Shown: positions 1-10,325 of the stretch, piece after piece
Numbering within the stretch: the stretch's first letter is position 1
How the letters are laid out: each line of letters begins with the position of its first letter
Source of the DNA: an uncultured Vicinamibacteraceae bacterium
Lineage (GTDB): Bacteria; Acidobacteriota; Vicinamibacteria; Vicinamibacterales; UBA8438
DNA length: 64,000 nt
Direction of reading: 5' to 3'
Assembly: GCA_964550305.1 (NCBI GenBank)
Contig: CAZJYU010000002.1
Span: 61,620-125,619 of the forward strand
Program-made: the position numbers and the translations under genes
Notes under the pieces: model-generated
Databases searched by the model: none
The model's input: only the letters and a program-made list of their open reading frames with translations
Told to the model about the DNA's origin: nothing

Positions 1-990
1 CACCCCGAGATCTCCGGACGGGAGAACATCTTCATCAACGGCGTGATGCTCGGGATGACGAGACGCGAGATCGCGCGGCGCTTCGACGAGATCGTGGAGT
101 TCGCCGAGCTGAGCGACGTAATCGATTCACCCGTCAAGACCTACTCGTCCGGCATGTACATGCGCCTCGGTTTCGCCGTCGCGGTCAACGTCGACCCCGA
201 CATCCTGCTGGTGGACGAAGTGCTCGCGGTCGGGGACGAGGGCTTCAGCCTGAAGTGCCTCGACAAGTTCGCCGAGTTCAAGCGCCGCGGGAAGACAATC
301 CTGCTCGTTACGCACGGCCTCGGCATGGTGGAGCGCTTCTGCGACGAAGCCGCCTGGCTCGATGCCGGCCGCCTCCGTGAGCGTGGAGACTCGCGCCGTA
401 TCGTCCACATCTATCGGTCGGATGTCGCGCACGGCGAGGAGCAGGTGATTGCCTCGGCGGAGCAGAGGGTCCTGGAAACGGCGGGCGCGCCGCCCGAGGA
501 ACGGGCGGAGGAAGAGGATGACGGGCTCCAGGATATGTCGCGCGCGGCGGAGGGGCGCTGGGGGTCCGGGCCGGCCCGCATCCACCGCGTGACGATGGAG
601 CGGGACGGGCACGAAGCGCACCTCTTCGAGAGCGGCGACCGGATGACCATCCGGCTGTCCTACAGCACACCTGTGCCGCTGCGGGACTTCGTCTTCGGCA
701 TCAGCATCTTCAACACCGAAGGGGTCTGCTGTTACGGGACGAACACCGACATCGAGCGATTCGTGCCCCTTGAGTTGTCGGGGGACGGCGAGGTGGCGTT
801 CACGATCGACCGCCTCGATCTCGTGGCTGGCACGTACAAGCTGGATGTCGCAGTCCACAGCGTGGCCGGCCTGCAATACGATTACCACCGACTCCTCTAC
901 ACGTTCCGCGTGAAGTCCGCCGTCCACGACACGGGAATCTATCGCCCGCGACACGAGTGGAGTTTCACGTCGAACGTCAGATTCCAATGA
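1..990 (+). CDS. ABC transporter ATP-binding protein, polysaccharide/O-antigen export type (Wzt/TagH-like) with C-terminal substrate-binding-like domain; 5' partial
   Basis: Frame 1 is open from base 1 (HPEISGRENIFINGVMLGMTRREI...). ABC signature SSGMYMRLGFA and Walker B ILLVDEVLAVGD are present, followed by a ~150 aa beta-rich C-terminal domain as in Wzt. Stop TGA 988-990. Confidence 0.85.
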   Translation, partial: HPEISGRENIFINGVMLGMTRREIARRFDEIVEFAELSDVIDSPVKTYSSGMYMRLGFAVAVNVDPDILLVDEVLAVGDEGFSLKCLDKFAEFKRRGKTILLVTHGLGMVERFCDEAAWLDAGRLRERGDSRRIVHIYRSDVAHGEEQVIASAEQRVLETAGAPPEERAEEEDDGLQDMSRAAEGRWGSGPARIHRVTMERDGHEAHLFESGDRMTIRLSYSTPVPLRDFVFGISIFNTEGVCCYGTNTDIERFVPLELSGDGEVAFTIDRLDLVAGTYKLDVAVHSVAGLQYDYHRLLYTFRVKSAVHDTGIYRPRHEWSFTSNVRFQ

Positions 991-2093
991 CGCTTGTCCA
1001 CTTCGCCGACCTGCACCTCGATTCTGCGTTCGCGTGGGCGGGCGCAGACGGCAAGGAGGCCCGCAAGCGCCGCCGGGGACTGCAGCAGGCGCTGGTCGGG
1101 ATCGCCGCAATCGTCCGGGAGCTGAATGCAGATGCACTGTTGTGCGGCGGCGACCTGTACGAGCACGACCGGGTAACGCCGGATACGGCGCAGTTCCTTC
1201 GCAGGACCTTCGAACAATTGGCCCCGGTGCCGGTGTACATCGCGCCCGGCAACCACGACTGGTACGGCCCCGAGAGTGTCTACGCCGGTGTCACGTGGAG
1301 CGCTAACGTCCACGTCTTTCGCGAACCGCGGCTACGGCCCGTTCGGTTGAGCGAGGGAGTGACGCTCTGGGGTGCGGCACAGTGCCAGCCGGCCAACACC
1401 GGCAACTTCTTCGAGGACTTTGCGGTGGCGGGGCCGGGGGTCCACGTCGCCCTCTGCCATGCGGCGGAACGTACCTGGCTGGACGCGCAAGAGGACGGCA
1501 AGCTGCCGCACGCACCATTTGACGCGGCGGACATCGAGCAGGCCGGCATCGCGCACGCGTTTCTGGGTCATTACCATCAGCCGAAAGCGGCCGCGCGCCA
1601 CACGTATCCGGGTAATCCGGACCCACTGGCGTTCGGTGAAGAGGGAAAACGGGGTGCGGTGGTGGCGACGATCCGTGCGGACGGTGCGGTGGAACGCGAA
1701 TGGCGCGAAGTCGCGGTCACCCAAGCGCACGATCTCGAACTCGACATCACGGGGTGCGGCTCTCAACGCGAGGTGCTTGAGCGTCTGGCAAAACTGGTGA
1801 GTGGACGCAGAGGTGTCGCGCGGATGACGGTCCGGGGCGAGTTGGGCGAGGATGTCGATCTGAGCGAGGAGGATCTTCGATCCGCGCTGCTCGACACGTT
1901 CGATGCGGTGCGGCTCCGGTGCGCCGGCCTGCGGGCCGGGTACGACATCGACGCGATCCGCACCGAGCAGACGGTGCGCGGTCAGTTTGTCCGCGATGTG
2001 CTCGAAGCAGAGCTGGCGGAGGACGAGAGACGGCGCGTCCTGACCACCGGCCTCCGCGCCTTTGAGGACCGCACGGACCTGGAGGTGCTCTGA
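987..2093 (+). CDS. Metallophosphoesterase, SbcD/YhaO-like DNA repair exonuclease
   Basis: MTLVHFADLHLDS, GGDLYE and APGNHDW are calcineurin-like phosphoesterase motifs. ATG 987 overlaps the upstream stop (ATGA). I chose this internal start rather than track start 957. Confidence 0.8.
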   Translation: MTLVHFADLHLDSAFAWAGADGKEARKRRRGLQQALVGIAAIVRELNADALLCGGDLYEHDRVTPDTAQFLRRTFEQLAPVPVYIAPGNHDWYGPESVYAGVTWSANVHVFREPRLRPVRLSEGVTLWGAAQCQPANTGNFFEDFAVAGPGVHVALCHAAERTWLDAQEDGKLPHAPFDAADIEQAGIAHAFLGHYHQPKAAARHTYPGNPDPLAFGEEGKRGAVVATIRADGAVEREWREVAVTQAHDLELDITGCGSQREVLERLAKLVSGRRGVARMTVRGELGEDVDLSEEDLRSALLDTFDAVRLRCAGLRAGYDIDAIRTEQTVRGQFVRDVLEAELAEDERRRVLTTGLRAFEDRTDLEVL

Positions 2094-2095
2094 GG

Positions 2096-4351
2096 ATGCG
2101 CTTCGACTCGGTTCGCGCGCATCCCTTCGGGCCGTTCGAGGACGAGACACTCGAACTCGCTCCCCGGATGACCGTCATCTACGGCCCCAACGAGGCCGGC
2201 AAGTCGTCTTGGCACGCCGCGCTGTATGTCGGGCTCTGCGGTATGCGACGTGGCAGGGGGGCGGCCAGATTGGATCGCGAGTTCCAGGATCGTCACCGGC
2301 CGTGGGACGGCGAGGGCGGCGACTGGATGGTCAGCGCGACCGTCGCCCTGGCCGACGGGCGCCGTGTCGAGCTGCGGCAGGACCTGACGAACAAGACCAA
2401 CTGCAGCGCGACGGATGCCGACCTTGCCGGCCGGGACTACGCGAACGAGATCCTGCACGAGGGCTCGCCTGACGGATCGCGCTTCCTTGGGTTGAGCCGC
2501 AGCACGTTTCGGGGCGCCGCGTGCGTGGAGCAGGCCGATGTGCTCGGAGTACTCGAGGATTCCGAGGCGTTGCAGGAGGATCTGCAACGCGCCGCGGCCA
2601 CCGCGGGGGCGCATGCGACCGCCGCGCGCGCGCTCGACCTACTCCGCGAGTACCTCCGCGAACGGGTCGGCGGGCAGCGTGCGACAAAGAAGCCAATGCC
2701 CCTCGCGATAGCACGGAAGGACGCGGCGCAAGCGGCGCTCGACGGGGCGCGGCACCTATATGCCGAATACGGGAAGTGTCAGGCCCGGCTGGAGTCGCTC
2801 GCGCGGGACGTGAAGTCGCGGGAGCAGCGGGTGGAAGCGCTCCGTGTGGTGATTGCGGAACAGGCGGCGGCGGACGCGGAGCGGCGAGTTGAGCGCGCGG
2901 CGGATCTGCAGTCCGGGTTCCCGGACGGTTTCCCGCGTCCCACCCTGGAGGACGAGCACCTGATCAGTCAGGTGGCAGACGCGCTTGCCGGGTGGCGCGC
3001 GCGTCCGGACGCGATCCCACCCACTGGAAAGACGGTGGCGGAACTCGAACAGGAGGCCGCCAACGTGACCGACTCGCTGGCGGCGGCAACACGGGAATCG
3101 GAGGAATCCGCGCCGACTCGCAGGGCTACGCCGCTTCTTGCCCTGGGTCTCGTTGGCGCCGTCGGAGGCGTCGCCCTGCTCCTGTCCGACCTGCAACTCC
3201 CTGGCATCGCCGCGCTCGTCGTCGGTGCCGGCCTGCTCGTGTGGTGGGGCCTGTCGAGGCGCCGCACAGCGCCACCCCGACCGGCCCCCGCCGTCGTCGA
3301 GGCGCTGATCTCGGAACGTCTGGAGGTCGTCGAGGCCCGGATCGAACAACGCCGTGAAGCGGATCGCCGACAGGAGGCGGTGTTGGAACAGCACGCGCGC
3401 GCGGAGGCGGCGCTCGGCGAGGCGGTTACGGCGGCGGGCTTGACGGCGGTCGGGCCCGAGGCGCAGGTTGAGGCTCTGGTGAAATGGCAACGATCTCGGC
3501 AGCAGCGGCTCGGCGACCAGGTTCGCCTGGGTATGCAGTGGGACGAGCTGCAGCAGATTCTTGGCGGCCGCACCGTCAGTGAACTGCGTGCGCTGGCGGC
3601 ACGCTTGCGCGTAGACGCGGAGGCGCGGGCCGCGACCGTCGAAGCGACCCTGATGGCGGAAATCCGTCGGGAAGCACCCGCCGCCGATCAGCTCGAACGC
3701 TTCGAACAGGATGCCCGGGACGCGCACGCTGCGCGCGACCAGCTCCGCGGCGAGCTCGCCCAACGGGAGGCAGACCTTCCGAGCGTTGTGGACGCCGAAG
3801 AGGAACTGGCGGCGGCCGAACTCGAGCTGGCGCATCTGCAACGCCTGGACGCCACACTGGATACGACCATCAGGTTCCTGCAGCGGGCCGAGGAACGGGT
3901 CCACCGCGACATCGCGCCAATTCTCAAGAAGACCGTGCTCGAGGAGTTGCGGCGAGTAACCGGCGGCCGTTACGACGACTGCAAGGTAGACCCCGAGTCA
4001 CTCGAGGTGGATGTCCGCAGCGGGGCCGGTCCGTGGCGCGCCGCGTCGTACCTGTCGCGCGGGACGGCCGAACAGGTCTACCTGCTGCTTCGGCTCGCGC
4101 TTGCGCGGCACCTTACGCTGCCCGAGGAAACCTGCCCGATGATCCTTGACGATGTAGTGGCGGCGTGTGACGTTACCCGCAAGGCGGCGGTGCTGGCGAC
4201 ACTGCACTCGATGAGTCAGGACGCGCAGGTGATCCTCTTCACGCACGAGGACGATGTACTCGCGTGGGCAGAGCAGCACCTGGCCGGGCCAGCCGACCGC
4301 GTCGTAGTTCTCCCCCCACCGGTTCCGGCCCAATCGCAAGCAGGCGGTTAG
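2096..4351 (+). CDS. SMC/Rad50-like AAA ATPase (SbcC/YhaN-like) with two predicted TM helices inside the coiled coil
   Basis: N-terminal Walker A GPNEAGKSS, a long Ala/Glu/Arg-rich coiled coil, C-terminal signature-like GTAEQVYLLLRLALA and Walker B MILDDV. Hydrophobic stretch TPLLALGLVGAVGGVALLL...IAALVVGAGLLVWWGL at about nt 3128-3256. GGAGG lies 8 nt upstream of the ATG. Confidence 0.8.
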   Translation: MRFDSVRAHPFGPFEDETLELAPRMTVIYGPNEAGKSSWHAALYVGLCGMRRGRGAARLDREFQDRHRPWDGEGGDWMVSATVALADGRRVELRQDLTNKTNCSATDADLAGRDYANEILHEGSPDGSRFLGLSRSTFRGAACVEQADVLGVLEDSEALQEDLQRAAATAGAHATAARALDLLREYLRERVGGQRATKKPMPLAIARKDAAQAALDGARHLYAEYGKCQARLESLARDVKSREQRVEALRVVIAEQAAADAERRVERAADLQSGFPDGFPRPTLEDEHLISQVADALAGWRARPDAIPPTGKTVAELEQEAANVTDSLAAATRESEESAPTRRATPLLALGLVGAVGGVALLLSDLQLPGIAALVVGAGLLVWWGLSRRRTAPPRPAPAVVEALISERLEVVEARIEQRREADRRQEAVLEQHARAEAALGEAVTAAGLTAVGPEAQVEALVKWQRSRQQRLGDQVRLGMQWDELQQILGGRTVSELRALAARLRVDAEARAATVEATLMAEIRREAPAADQLERFEQDARDAHAARDQLRGELAQREADLPSVVDAEEELAAAELELAHLQRLDATLDTTIRFLQRAEERVHRDIAPILKKTVLEELRRVTGGRYDDCKVDPESLEVDVRSGAGPWRAASYLSRGTAEQVYLLLRLALARHLTLPEETCPMILDDVVAACDVTRKAAVLATLHSMSQDAQVILFTHEDDVLAWAEQHLAGPADRVVVLPPPVPAQSQAGG

Positions 4352-4459
4352 TGCGAACCATCTGACCGCCGAGTCGGCGGCCCGCGCGCCAATCCTCACG
4401 CCACCGGTCCGGGTGTCGGCCTGGAGGCGGCCGAATCCTCCCGCGCCGGGATAGACTCT

Positions 4460-7400
4460 ATGGCTTCGCCGGTACGTCTGGCGCCGGGACCGACCGTGTC
4501 GTTGACGCTGCGCGCGCTGTTTCAGGGGGCGGCCGAGCGGGCCGCATTGGGCCGGGGTGCATCTGCGGGCGAGACGATCACCGGGCTGACGCCGCCGGCG
4601 CAGGCACTCGCGGCGGCGGTTTTCGCCAGTACGGGGCCGGTGGTCCTGGTCGTCCCGCACGACCGTGACGTCGAACCGACCACTGGCGACGCGCGGTTTT
4701 TTCTTGCCGCCATTGGGGGATTGACGCGCGACGACGCGGGCCGCAGCGTCCTTCCGTTCGGTTCGCTCGAGGTGGACCCGTATCGAGGCATTGCGCCCCA
4801 CCTCGATGTCGCCTCCTCACGCGCCCGGGCTCTGGTGGCGCTCGCGCGCTGCGATGTCCGGATTGTCGTCGTTTCCGCGTCCGCGCTCCTCCCACGCCTC
4901 AGCCCGCCGCGGCGGTTGTTGGGCGCGTCGGTCGAGCTACGGGCAGGAGGTGTTTGCGATCCGATCGATTTGGCGGATCGGCTCGCCGACGCCGGCTTCA
5001 CGCAGGCCGACCCGGTGGAGGCGCATGGCGATTTCTGCGGGCGCGGAGGGGTGGTCGACATCTTTCCGGCGGGTGCGGAGTACCCGGTGCGCGCGGAATT
5101 CGCCGGCGACAGTGTGGAATCGATCCGCCGCTTCGATCCCTCGACACAGCGGTCGGTGTCGACGCTCGATCAGGTGGCGATCTGCCCACTGACGGATCTG
5201 TTCGCCATCGAATCGTCGGCCCGCGACGACGACGCGCGGCGGCCGGACCGCTCCGCCACGTTTGACGATTACACCCGCGCGGCCGCCGCGCGTTACGTGA
5301 TCAGCCAGCCGGCCGAAACGGCGGCCCAGCTCCACGATGCGATTGCGCAGCTCCGGGCGGCGGGAGCGGATGCCGAGGCAAGGGGCGATCCGGCGCCACC
5401 GCCGGCCACGTTGGCGGTGGACGACGAAGTGGTCAGCGAATGGTTCGCGACTGCGGTGAGACTCGATACGTTCGAGGTCGACGGCGGTTCGCGCCATGTT
5501 GCCTGCCAGCCGGCGCGGGAGTTCCGGAACCGGCTGCACGATTGGCTCGACGACGTCCGGAGCGGTCGCGAGCGGGGCGACCAGTTGCTGTTTGTCGCCG
5601 AGACCGACGGTCGCGCCGAGCGGATCGTCGAGCTGCTGGCCGAGCACGACCTGGTAGGCGTCGCGGTCGTGGGAGCGGAGGCGACGGCGCCCGCGACCGT
5701 CCTGGTTGCCACCGGCTTGCTGTCCCGCGGCTTCCGGCTGCCGGATGCGGGGCTGCAGATTTACGCCGAGTCGGATCTCTTTGACGACGAGCACCTGGCC
5801 CGACGCCGGAAGCAGTCTGTCGCCCGCTCGTTCCTTTCGGAGTTCCGCGATCTGAAGGCCGGCGACCACGTCGTGCATGTTGACCATGGCGTCGGCACGT
5901 TCGTCGGTCTCCGTCACATCGGCAGCGAGGGCGCAGGCCGCCCCAGCGCCGCGATGCAGGAATTCGTCGAGCTCCGGTACGCGGGCGGCGACAAGCTGTT
6001 CGTGCCGGTCGAGCAGCTCGACCTCCTGCAGAAGTACACCGGTGCCGCCAACCCTTCGCTCGACCGGCTGGGCGGCACCAGTTGGCAGAAGGCGAAGACG
6101 CGCGTCCGCAAGTCGATGCGCGATATGGCCCAGGAGCTGCTGAAACTGTACGCCGCGCGCAAGGCGCTGCCCGGCTATGCGTTCAGCCCCGACACCCACT
6201 GGCAACAGGAGTTCGAAGCGGCGTTCGAGTACGAGCTGACGCCCGACCAGCAGTCGGCGCTCGCCGACATCAAGCGCGACATGGAAGCGGCCGGCACGAT
6301 GGACCGCCTGCTGTGCGGCGACGTGGGATATGGCAAGACCGAAGTGGCGCTGCGGGCGGCGTTCAAGGCACTCATGGACGGCAAACAGGTAGCGCTGCTC
6401 ACCGCCACCACGGTATTGGCGTTCCAGCATTACGAGACGATCCGCGAACGGTTTGCCGCCTTCCCGGTTCGCGTGGCGCTACTCAGCCGGTTCGTCGGCC
6501 GGAAGGAGCAGAAGGAGGTTCTGGCCCAGCTCGCCGCGGGCAGGGTGGACTTCGTGGTGGGGACGCATCGGCTACTGTCGAAGGATGTCAGGTTCCGCGA
6601 CTTCGGCCTGCTGATCGTCGACGAGGAGCAGCGGTTCGGCGTGGCGCACAAGGAGCGCATCCGGCAGCTGCGCCGCCGGGTTGACGTGCTGACGCTCACG
6701 GCGACGCCGATTCCCCGCACGTTGAACATGTCGCTTGCCGGCATCCGCGACATGTCGGTCATCGAGACGCCGCCGAAGGACCGCCTTGCGATCCAGACCA
6801 ACGTTGTCCGATTCGATGGCGAGCTGATCGCTCACGCCATCCGAACCGAGCTGGCCCGCAACGGCCAGGTCTTCCTCGTGCACAACCGCGTGGAGTCGAT
6901 CGCCGGAATCGCCGACCTGATCCGTCGGCTCGCGCCGGGGGCACGGCTCGCCGTGGCGCACGGCCAGATGAGCGAAGCGACGCTCGAGCGTGTGATGATC
7001 GATTTCGTTGCCCACCGGTACGACATCCTGATCGCTACCACGATCATCGAGAACGGAATCGACATTCCGAACGTCAACACGATCATCGTCAACCACGCGG
7101 AGCGTTACGGCCTGGCGCAGCTGTACCAGTTGCGTGGCCGGGTGGGCCGCTCCGACCGCCGAGCGTACGCGTACCTCATGGTGCCGGCCGAAGACGCACT
7201 CACGCCTGTCGCGCGCCGTCGGCTTGCGGCAATCCGCGAGTTCAGCGAGCTGGGCAGCGGGTTCCGGATCGCCGCGCTCGACCTGGAGATCCGCGGCGCC
7301 GGCAATCTCCTGGGCGCAGAGCAGAGTGGCCAGATAGAGGCAATCGGTTTCGACCTGTACGTGAAGCTGCTCGAGCAGACGGTGCGCGAGCTGCAGGGGG

Positions 7401-7924
7401 AGGCAGTCCCGGACGAACGGCTTGCCCGCGTCCACATCGGCATCGACCTCCGCATCGACGAGGACTACATCCCGGAGGCGGATCAGCGCCTTGCGGTCTA
7501 CCGGAAGATGGCGGCGGCGACCGGCGAGGACGGGCTGGCCTCTGCCCTCGACGAGGTAGCGGATCGGTACGGGCCGCTGCATCCCACGATCGAGCGGCTC
7601 GCCGCGTACGGCCGGATCCGGCTCGCCGCGGATCGGGCCGGCGTCGAGGCAATCGACCGGGAAGGGGGCCAGCTCGTGCTCCGGTTCCGCGAGGACGCGC
7701 CGCTCGATCCGGTGGGCCTGGTGCGGTTCGTCGAGTCGCAACCGGGCGTCGCACTCTCCCCGCGTGGCGTGCTCCGCGCCGATCTTCCGCCGGCACGGAC
7801 CCGTCCGGCGGAAGATCCGGCGACCCACGCATCAGGGGCGAGCGCCGCGACCCGGCGCGATCTGACGTTGCTGGCCCGGGCGAACGACTTGCTCGACAGG
7901 CTGTCGGCGCTACACTTGGGATGA
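4460..7924 (+). CDS. mfd: Transcription-repair coupling factor Mfd
   Basis: 1154 aa. Helicase motifs CGDVGYGKTEVA and LLIVDEEQRFGV, a TRG-type region RGRVGRS, and UvrB-homology N-terminal and CarD-like middle regions. Confidence 0.95.
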   Translation: MASPVRLAPGPTVSLTLRALFQGAAERAALGRGASAGETITGLTPPAQALAAAVFASTGPVVLVVPHDRDVEPTTGDARFFLAAIGGLTRDDAGRSVLPFGSLEVDPYRGIAPHLDVASSRARALVALARCDVRIVVVSASALLPRLSPPRRLLGASVELRAGGVCDPIDLADRLADAGFTQADPVEAHGDFCGRGGVVDIFPAGAEYPVRAEFAGDSVESIRRFDPSTQRSVSTLDQVAICPLTDLFAIESSARDDDARRPDRSATFDDYTRAAAARYVISQPAETAAQLHDAIAQLRAAGADAEARGDPAPPPATLAVDDEVVSEWFATAVRLDTFEVDGGSRHVACQPAREFRNRLHDWLDDVRSGRERGDQLLFVAETDGRAERIVELLAEHDLVGVAVVGAEATAPATVLVATGLLSRGFRLPDAGLQIYAESDLFDDEHLARRRKQSVARSFLSEFRDLKAGDHVVHVDHGVGTFVGLRHIGSEGAGRPSAAMQEFVELRYAGGDKLFVPVEQLDLLQKYTGAANPSLDRLGGTSWQKAKTRVRKSMRDMAQELLKLYAARKALPGYAFSPDTHWQQEFEAAFEYELTPDQQSALADIKRDMEAAGTMDRLLCGDVGYGKTEVALRAAFKALMDGKQVALLTATTVLAFQHYETIRERFAAFPVRVALLSRFVGRKEQKEVLAQLAAGRVDFVVGTHRLLSKDVRFRDFGLLIVDEEQRFGVAHKERIRQLRRRVDVLTLTATPIPRTLNMSLAGIRDMSVIETPPKDRLAIQTNVVRFDGELIAHAIRTELARNGQVFLVHNRVESIAGIADLIRRLAPGARLAVAHGQMSEATLERVMIDFVAHRYDILIATTIIENGIDIPNVNTIIVNHAERYGLAQLYQLRGRVGRSDRRAYAYLMVPAEDALTPVARRRLAAIREFSELGSGFRIAALDLEIRGAGNLLGAEQSGQIEAIGFDLYVKLLEQTVRELQGEAVPDERLARVHIGIDLRIDEDYIPEADQRLAVYRKMAAATGEDGLASALDEVADRYGPLHPTIERLAAYGRIRLAADRAGVEAIDREGGQLVLRFREDAPLDPVGLVRFVESQPGVALSPRGVLRADLPPARTRPAEDPATHASGASAATRRDLTLLARANDLLDRLSALHLG

Positions 7925-9105
7925 TCGGCAGGAGGCAACAGCAGCAAATGACAAGACGGACAGCACGCACACGTGGCCAGGCAGGACGGATCAGGTGTCC
8001 CTGGGCCGCGCACATCGGACTGGGCGCCGCGGCCGCGTTGGTGCTGGCGACGCCGGTGGCGGCACAATTGGGAGGATCCAGCCCGGCCACTGCGGTGGGC
8101 GAGGTGCTCGAGCAGATTCTGGTGAAGGTGAACGGCGACATCGTCACCCAGACGCAGTTTGAGCAGCGGCAGCTTGATACGATTCGCGCGCGCGGCGTGC
8201 AGCCGAGGACCGACGCGGAACTGCTGAGGGTGCTCGAGGAAATCACGCCCCAGGTGGTCGGTCAGGTGGTCGACGAACTGCTGCTCCTCCAGCGTGGACG
8301 CGAGTTGGGCTATGCGCTGACGGACCAGGCGCTCGACGGAATCATCGCGGAACTCAAGGAAGAGAACGACATCACCACCGACGAGCAGTTCGCCCAGGCG
8401 CTCGCGGCGGAAGGGATGACGCTCGAATCGCTGCGCGAAATCATGGAGCGGCAGATGCTCATCGGTCAGGTGCAGCAGGTGGAGGTACTGAGCCGCGTGA
8501 CCTTGACCGAGATAGAGGCGCGTGAGTACTACGACGCGAATCCGGATGAGTTCACGGAACCGGCGACGGTGACCATGCGTGAGATCCTCGTCCGGACCGC
8601 TTCCGGAGTGGGCAGCGCACTGGGTCCGGCGGCCACCGAGGCGGCACAGGAGGCCGCCGGGTCGGCGCGGCAGCGAGTACTCGACGGCGAGGACTTCGCC
8701 GGCGTCGTCGCCGAGGTTTCCGACGCTGCGTCGAAGGCGAACGGCGGGCTGATCGGCCCGCTCGACATTTCGATGATCAGCGACAACCTGACCGAGGTGC
8801 TGGCCGAGCTGGAGGTGGGAGACATCAGCGAGGTCATCCGGACCCCGGCCGGGTACCAGGTGATCAAGCTGGAGGCGCGCACGGAGCCGACGCCTTCTCC
8901 GTTCGACGACGTGCGAGAGACGATTGCCGACAGTATCTTCAATGCCCGGCGCGCCGCCGAGTACGCTCGTTACATCGCCGACCTGCGCGAAGAGGCGGAC
9001 ATCGAATGGAAGAGCGAGGGGCTCCGCGAGGCATACGACGAGTTTGCCGCGGCGCGCGATGAACTCCTCCGGCAGACCGGCGCCCTGACCGTCGACGAGC
9101 AGTGA
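7921..9105 (+). CDS. SurA-like periplasmic chaperone / parvulin-type peptidyl-prolyl isomerase
   Basis: Signal peptide (LGAAAALVLATPVAAQ), a SurA N-terminal-like helical region and a parvulin-like domain (GGLIGPL...TPAGYQVIKLE). ATG overlaps the mfd stop (ATGA). The true start could be ATG 7948. Confidence 0.8.
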   Translation: MIGRRQQQQMTRRTARTRGQAGRIRCPWAAHIGLGAAAALVLATPVAAQLGGSSPATAVGEVLEQILVKVNGDIVTQTQFEQRQLDTIRARGVQPRTDAELLRVLEEITPQVVGQVVDELLLLQRGRELGYALTDQALDGIIAELKEENDITTDEQFAQALAAEGMTLESLREIMERQMLIGQVQQVEVLSRVTLTEIEAREYYDANPDEFTEPATVTMREILVRTASGVGSALGPAATEAAQEAAGSARQRVLDGEDFAGVVAEVSDAASKANGGLIGPLDISMISDNLTEVLAELEVGDISEVIRTPAGYQVIKLEARTEPTPSPFDDVRETIADSIFNARRAAEYARYIADLREEADIEWKSEGLREAYDEFAAARDELLRQTGALTVDEQ

Positions 9106-9130
9106 CCACGGCAGCGGCGCGCTTCGGCGG

Positions 9131-10267
9131 TTGACCATGACGGAGACTGCGCGGATCGGATCCGTCTCGCTCGCCCACCCTTACGCGCTGGCGCCGATGG
9201 CCGGCATGACCGACACCGCGTTTCGGCGCCTGGTCAAGGCGCGGGGCGGCTGCGGTCTCGTCGTCACCGAGATGGTCAGTTCGGAGGGGCTGGTGCGCGG
9301 GATCGACCGGACACTGGAGTACGCCGAGTACACAGAGGCAGAACGCCCGGTTTCGATTCAGATCTTCGGCGGCGATCCCGCGAAGATGGCGGCGGCGGCG
9401 CAGATCGTCGAGGCGATGGGCGCCGATATCGTCGACGTCAACATGGGCTGCCCCGTCCCCAAGATCGCGAAGCACAACGCCGGCTGCAGCCTGATGCGTG
9501 CACCGTCGCACGCCGCAGCGGTCGTGCGGGCGATGACGGACGCCGTTTCGATCCCGGTCACCGTCAAGATGCGCGCCGGCTGGGACGAGCAGACCATCAA
9601 CGCGCCGGAGGTGGCGATGCGGATGGAGGACGCTGGCGCCGCCGCGCTGGCCGTTCATGGCCGGACGGCGCGCCAGTCCTACCGTGGCGTCTCGGACTGG
9701 GGGCTGATCGACCGCGTTGCCGCAGGCGTTTCGGTACCGGTGTTCGGCAGCGGCGACTGTGTGACGCCCGGACAGGCCGTCGATCGGTCCGGAGCACCGC
9801 ACGTCGCCGGCGTCCTGATCGGCCGTGGCGCGCTCCGGAACCCCTGGATCTTCCAGCAGGCGGCGGCGCTTGCCGCCGGAGGTCCCGCGCCGGAAGTGAC
9901 GCCCGTGGAACGGCGCCGGTTCCTGCTCGACTACATCGACCTGTTGCTGCGCGAGGGTGAGGACGAGGCGTCCGGCTTCCGCCACGTCGCGCCGGGCGAG
10001 ACAGCCGCCCGCCAGCACTCGGCGCGCAGTCCTGCCGGCCGCGAGCGGTGGGTGATAAACAAACTGCGCGCCCTGGGCTCCTGGTACACCAAAGGCGAGC
10101 ACGGCGGATCGCGGCTCCGGACGGCGATTAACCGCGCCGAGTCGATTGAGGAACTCCGTGCGGTCATCCGGGCCCACTACCAAGCGCAGCACGGAGACGC
10201 GCCCGCAACCACCCACGCCACGGCCGTCGGGAGGAGCGAGGCCACGGTTCACCTGGCGTCGACGTAA
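9131..10267 (+). CDS. dusB: tRNA-dihydrouridine synthase
   Basis: Dus family TIM-barrel motifs LAPMAGMTDTAFRRL, DVNMGCP and VTVKMRAGW. Confidence 0.88.
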   Translation: MTMTETARIGSVSLAHPYALAPMAGMTDTAFRRLVKARGGCGLVVTEMVSSEGLVRGIDRTLEYAEYTEAERPVSIQIFGGDPAKMAAAAQIVEAMGADIVDVNMGCPVPKIAKHNAGCSLMRAPSHAAAVVRAMTDAVSIPVTVKMRAGWDEQTINAPEVAMRMEDAGAAALAVHGRTARQSYRGVSDWGLIDRVAAGVSVPVFGSGDCVTPGQAVDRSGAPHVAGVLIGRGALRNPWIFQQAAALAAGGPAPEVTPVERRRFLLDYIDLLLREGEDEASGFRHVAPGETAARQHSARSPAGRERWVINKLRALGSWYTKGEHGGSRLRTAINRAESIEELRAVIRAHYQAQHGDAPATTHATAVGRSEATVHLAST

Positions 10268-10325
10268 TGCCCCGTTTACGCTCCGGTGCCACGCTCGGCG
10301 TCGGCGAGGGGGTATTGTATGGGGA

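Noticed and set aside
4352-4459. Short GC hairpin CCGCCGAGTCGGCGG downstream of the SbcC-like gene as a terminator
   Set aside because: It has a 6-bp stem with a 3-nt loop and no U-tract. This is too weak to call with confidence in GC-rich DNA, where such palindromes are frequent.
4937-6430. 497-aa minus-strand ORF. The same reasoning applies to 127-1137, 1332-2150, 2756-3904, 6572-7828, 7498-9138, 8939-10462, 13981-15219, 39409-40896, 42169-43269, 51381-52811, 52694-54319, 54694-55698, 57109-58227 and 63271-63948.
   Set aside because: All of them lie opposite or out of frame to genes with clear family motifs. All have Arg/Pro/Gly/Ala-rich low-information translations. None is needed to explain any gap.
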